From contig CM059432.1 of assembly GCA_030390025.1 (NCBI GenBank), forward strand, positions 72,108,001 through 72,172,000: a stretch of DNA of 64,000 bases. The letters are read 5' to 3'. Both the position numbers and the translations under genes were made by a program. Positions 62,066-64,000 of the stretch are shown piece after piece. This DNA comes from Squalus acanthias. Lineage: Eukaryota. Numbering within the stretch: position 1 is the stretch's first letter; each line of letters starts with the position of its first letter. The notes beneath the pieces were generated by a model, which saw nothing but the letters and a program-made list of their open reading frames with translations, was not told the origin of the DNA and made no database searches.

Positions 62066-62743
62066 AAGGTGGCAGGACAAGTTGAGAAGGCTGTTAAAAA
62101 GGCATACAGGATCCTTGGCTTTATAAATAGAAGCATAGAGTACAAAAGCAAGGAAGTTATGATAAACCTTTACCAAGCGCTGGTTAGGCCCCAGCTGGAG
62201 TATTTTGGCTAATTCTGGCCACTACACTAAAGGAAGGATGTCAAGGCCTTAGAGAGGGTGCAGAGGAGATTTACTAGGATGGTACTAGGAATGAAAGACT
62301 TCAGTTATGTGGAGAAACTAGAGAAACTGGAATTGTTCTCCTTAGAACAGAGAAGGTTAAGGGGAGATTTGATAGAGGTGTTCAAAATCTTGAAGGGTTT
62401 TGATAGAGTAAATAAGGAGAAACTGTTTCCAGTGGCAGAAGGTCAGTAACCAAAGGACACAGATTTAAGGTAATTGGTCAAAGAACCAGAGGCAACATGA
62501 GGGAAAAAATTATGCAGTGAATTATGATGATCCGGAATGTACTGCCTTAAAGGGTGGTGGAAGCAGATTCAGTAACAACTTTCAAAAGGGAATTGGCTAA
62601 ATACCTGAAAATGAAAAAAATTGTAGGGCTATGAAGAAAGAGCAGGGAAGTGGGACTAAATGGTTAGCTCTTTCAAAGAGCCGGCACAGGCAAGATGGGC
62701 CGAATGGCCCCCTTCTGTGCTATATCATTCTATGTTTCTGTGA
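62066..62743 (+). mobile_element. CR1 3' fragment
   Basis: QRRFTRM, LFSLEQRRLRGDLIEVFKI and a CR1 3' UTR. Confidence 0.88.
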
Positions 62744-63389
62744 TAAGGAATCCTCCTTCCATTTCAGTCATTCCTTTTCCAAAGTTCAGGGGCACAGTTC
62801 TATTAGATATGCTTTGTGGTCTCCTCAAGGCAAAACACAGATTAATTTGAGTGTGACATCACACCCCAATAAATAATGCATACTTTCCAACTGGAATCAT
62901 TGGTTAGCGATTAAGAGTGGGAACTCTGAGTGGACAATTTTTTTCTCTTTACCGTCCTGTTTGCACTCAAAAATGAGGTGGTAAATGAAACCGCTATTCG
63001 TCCTAGCCACTGACCGCTGCTTTTACAGCTGGTCAGATTTCCGGGGGCACATTAAATCTGACAGCCAGAGTCCCCAGAATCTGAAACAGGTCTTGTGCAT
63101 AAATTCAAATTGGGCTCAAGTGACGTCATTATAATATCAATGCCATTTTCCGACCTTACCGCCTGACTAATTAAACTTTCTTCTCTTGCCCACCAACCAT
63201 GGCTAGTGCAAGTCTTAAAGAGGCATTTCAAATGCTATTTGAAGGGATTCTCAGCTGCTCTCAGGTGAAGTTGTATAGAACTTTGAGACATTTTTGTAGT
63301 TTTTTTTTAACCTTAAAGAACTTGAAAGTGCTTGTAGTTACTATTGTTAAGGAATTGTTAAGGAACTTCTGGCATTGCAGATATTTCTT

Positions 63390-63760
63390 GATGGGAGTCC
63401 GTCTAGAAATCCTACTCTGGAGGAGGAGGAGGAGCAGGAGGCAGAAGCAAATAGCTGCAGCTGGAAGGAGAGAAATAGAGAAGGCGTGCTCGAAGGACAC
63501 AACAGAGTTTATATGCCCAGGACAACATACCTGCAGATCTATGGGAAGCAGTGCATAAGAAAGCTTTGATTCTCTCGGGAGGCAGTGACAGAGTTGTGTC
63601 GCATCCTCCAAAAAGAGCTGCAGCCAACTGCTGCAGCTAGCAGAAAATTGCCTGTTACAGTCACTGCAACCTTGAACTTCTTTGCCTCCGCTCCTTCCAG
63701 GCTGCCACAGGGGATATCGGCAACATCAGTCAGCCTTCCATTGCACAGGGACACTGAAGC
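63390..63760 (+). pseudogene. Decayed Harbinger transposase N-terminal remnant
   Basis: SREAVTELCRILQKELQP...VTATLNFFAS parallels 7600-7760 and 45700-45850. Confidence 0.65.
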
Positions 63761-64000
63761 TAGTTGTAGTGCCTCCATTCTTACACTGGATGAAATGAGC
63801 TAGCTCAGCACGAACAAGCATTGTACCTTCCTGGTCTCTTTGACTCAGTTCCACACTGCGCCATGAGGTAAGCCTTTGACCCTAAAAATCTACTGCTATT
63901 CTGGCGTACTCCTGCTGTAACTTCAGCAGATGTATGCCAGTACGGATAGAAACTCGGCCAGGACCCAGTTACGCTGGATCTAAGCCTAGCGCTGAAGCTT

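Overview
Eukaryotic, repeat-saturated DNA, most likely a cartilaginous fish (inferred from an HE1/V-SINE carrying a CR1 3' tail and several SacSINE1/Deu-type SINEs). I found no intact host gene. The window is a stack of nested insertions: CR1 and L2 LINEs, tRNA-derived SINEs, several PIF/Harbinger DNA transposons with their MITEs (3-bp TSDs), a solo-LTR-like insert, and a young Penelope-like element. The Penelope has an unbroken 714-codon RT+GIY-YIG frame and a minimal hammerhead ribozyme; a second near-identical 3' copy lies 18 kb away. Two host-derived relics are present. One is a full-length (~4.9 kb once two insertions are removed), intronless, disabled MROH1-like HEAT-repeat gene on the minus strand (19533->~10025). 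The other is a decayed KCTD8/12/16-like BTB fragment (~39122-39345). The most unusual structural signals are (i) a three-copy MITE family whose hairpins are kept through compensatory changes and which carries arrays of consensus splice donors, (ii) a three-copy 'Myb-only' Harbinger derivative whose transposase is replaced by an inverted-repeat fragment, and (iii) a 44-bp minisatellite born inside one of those copies. All family names come from recall of motifs, not from database searches.
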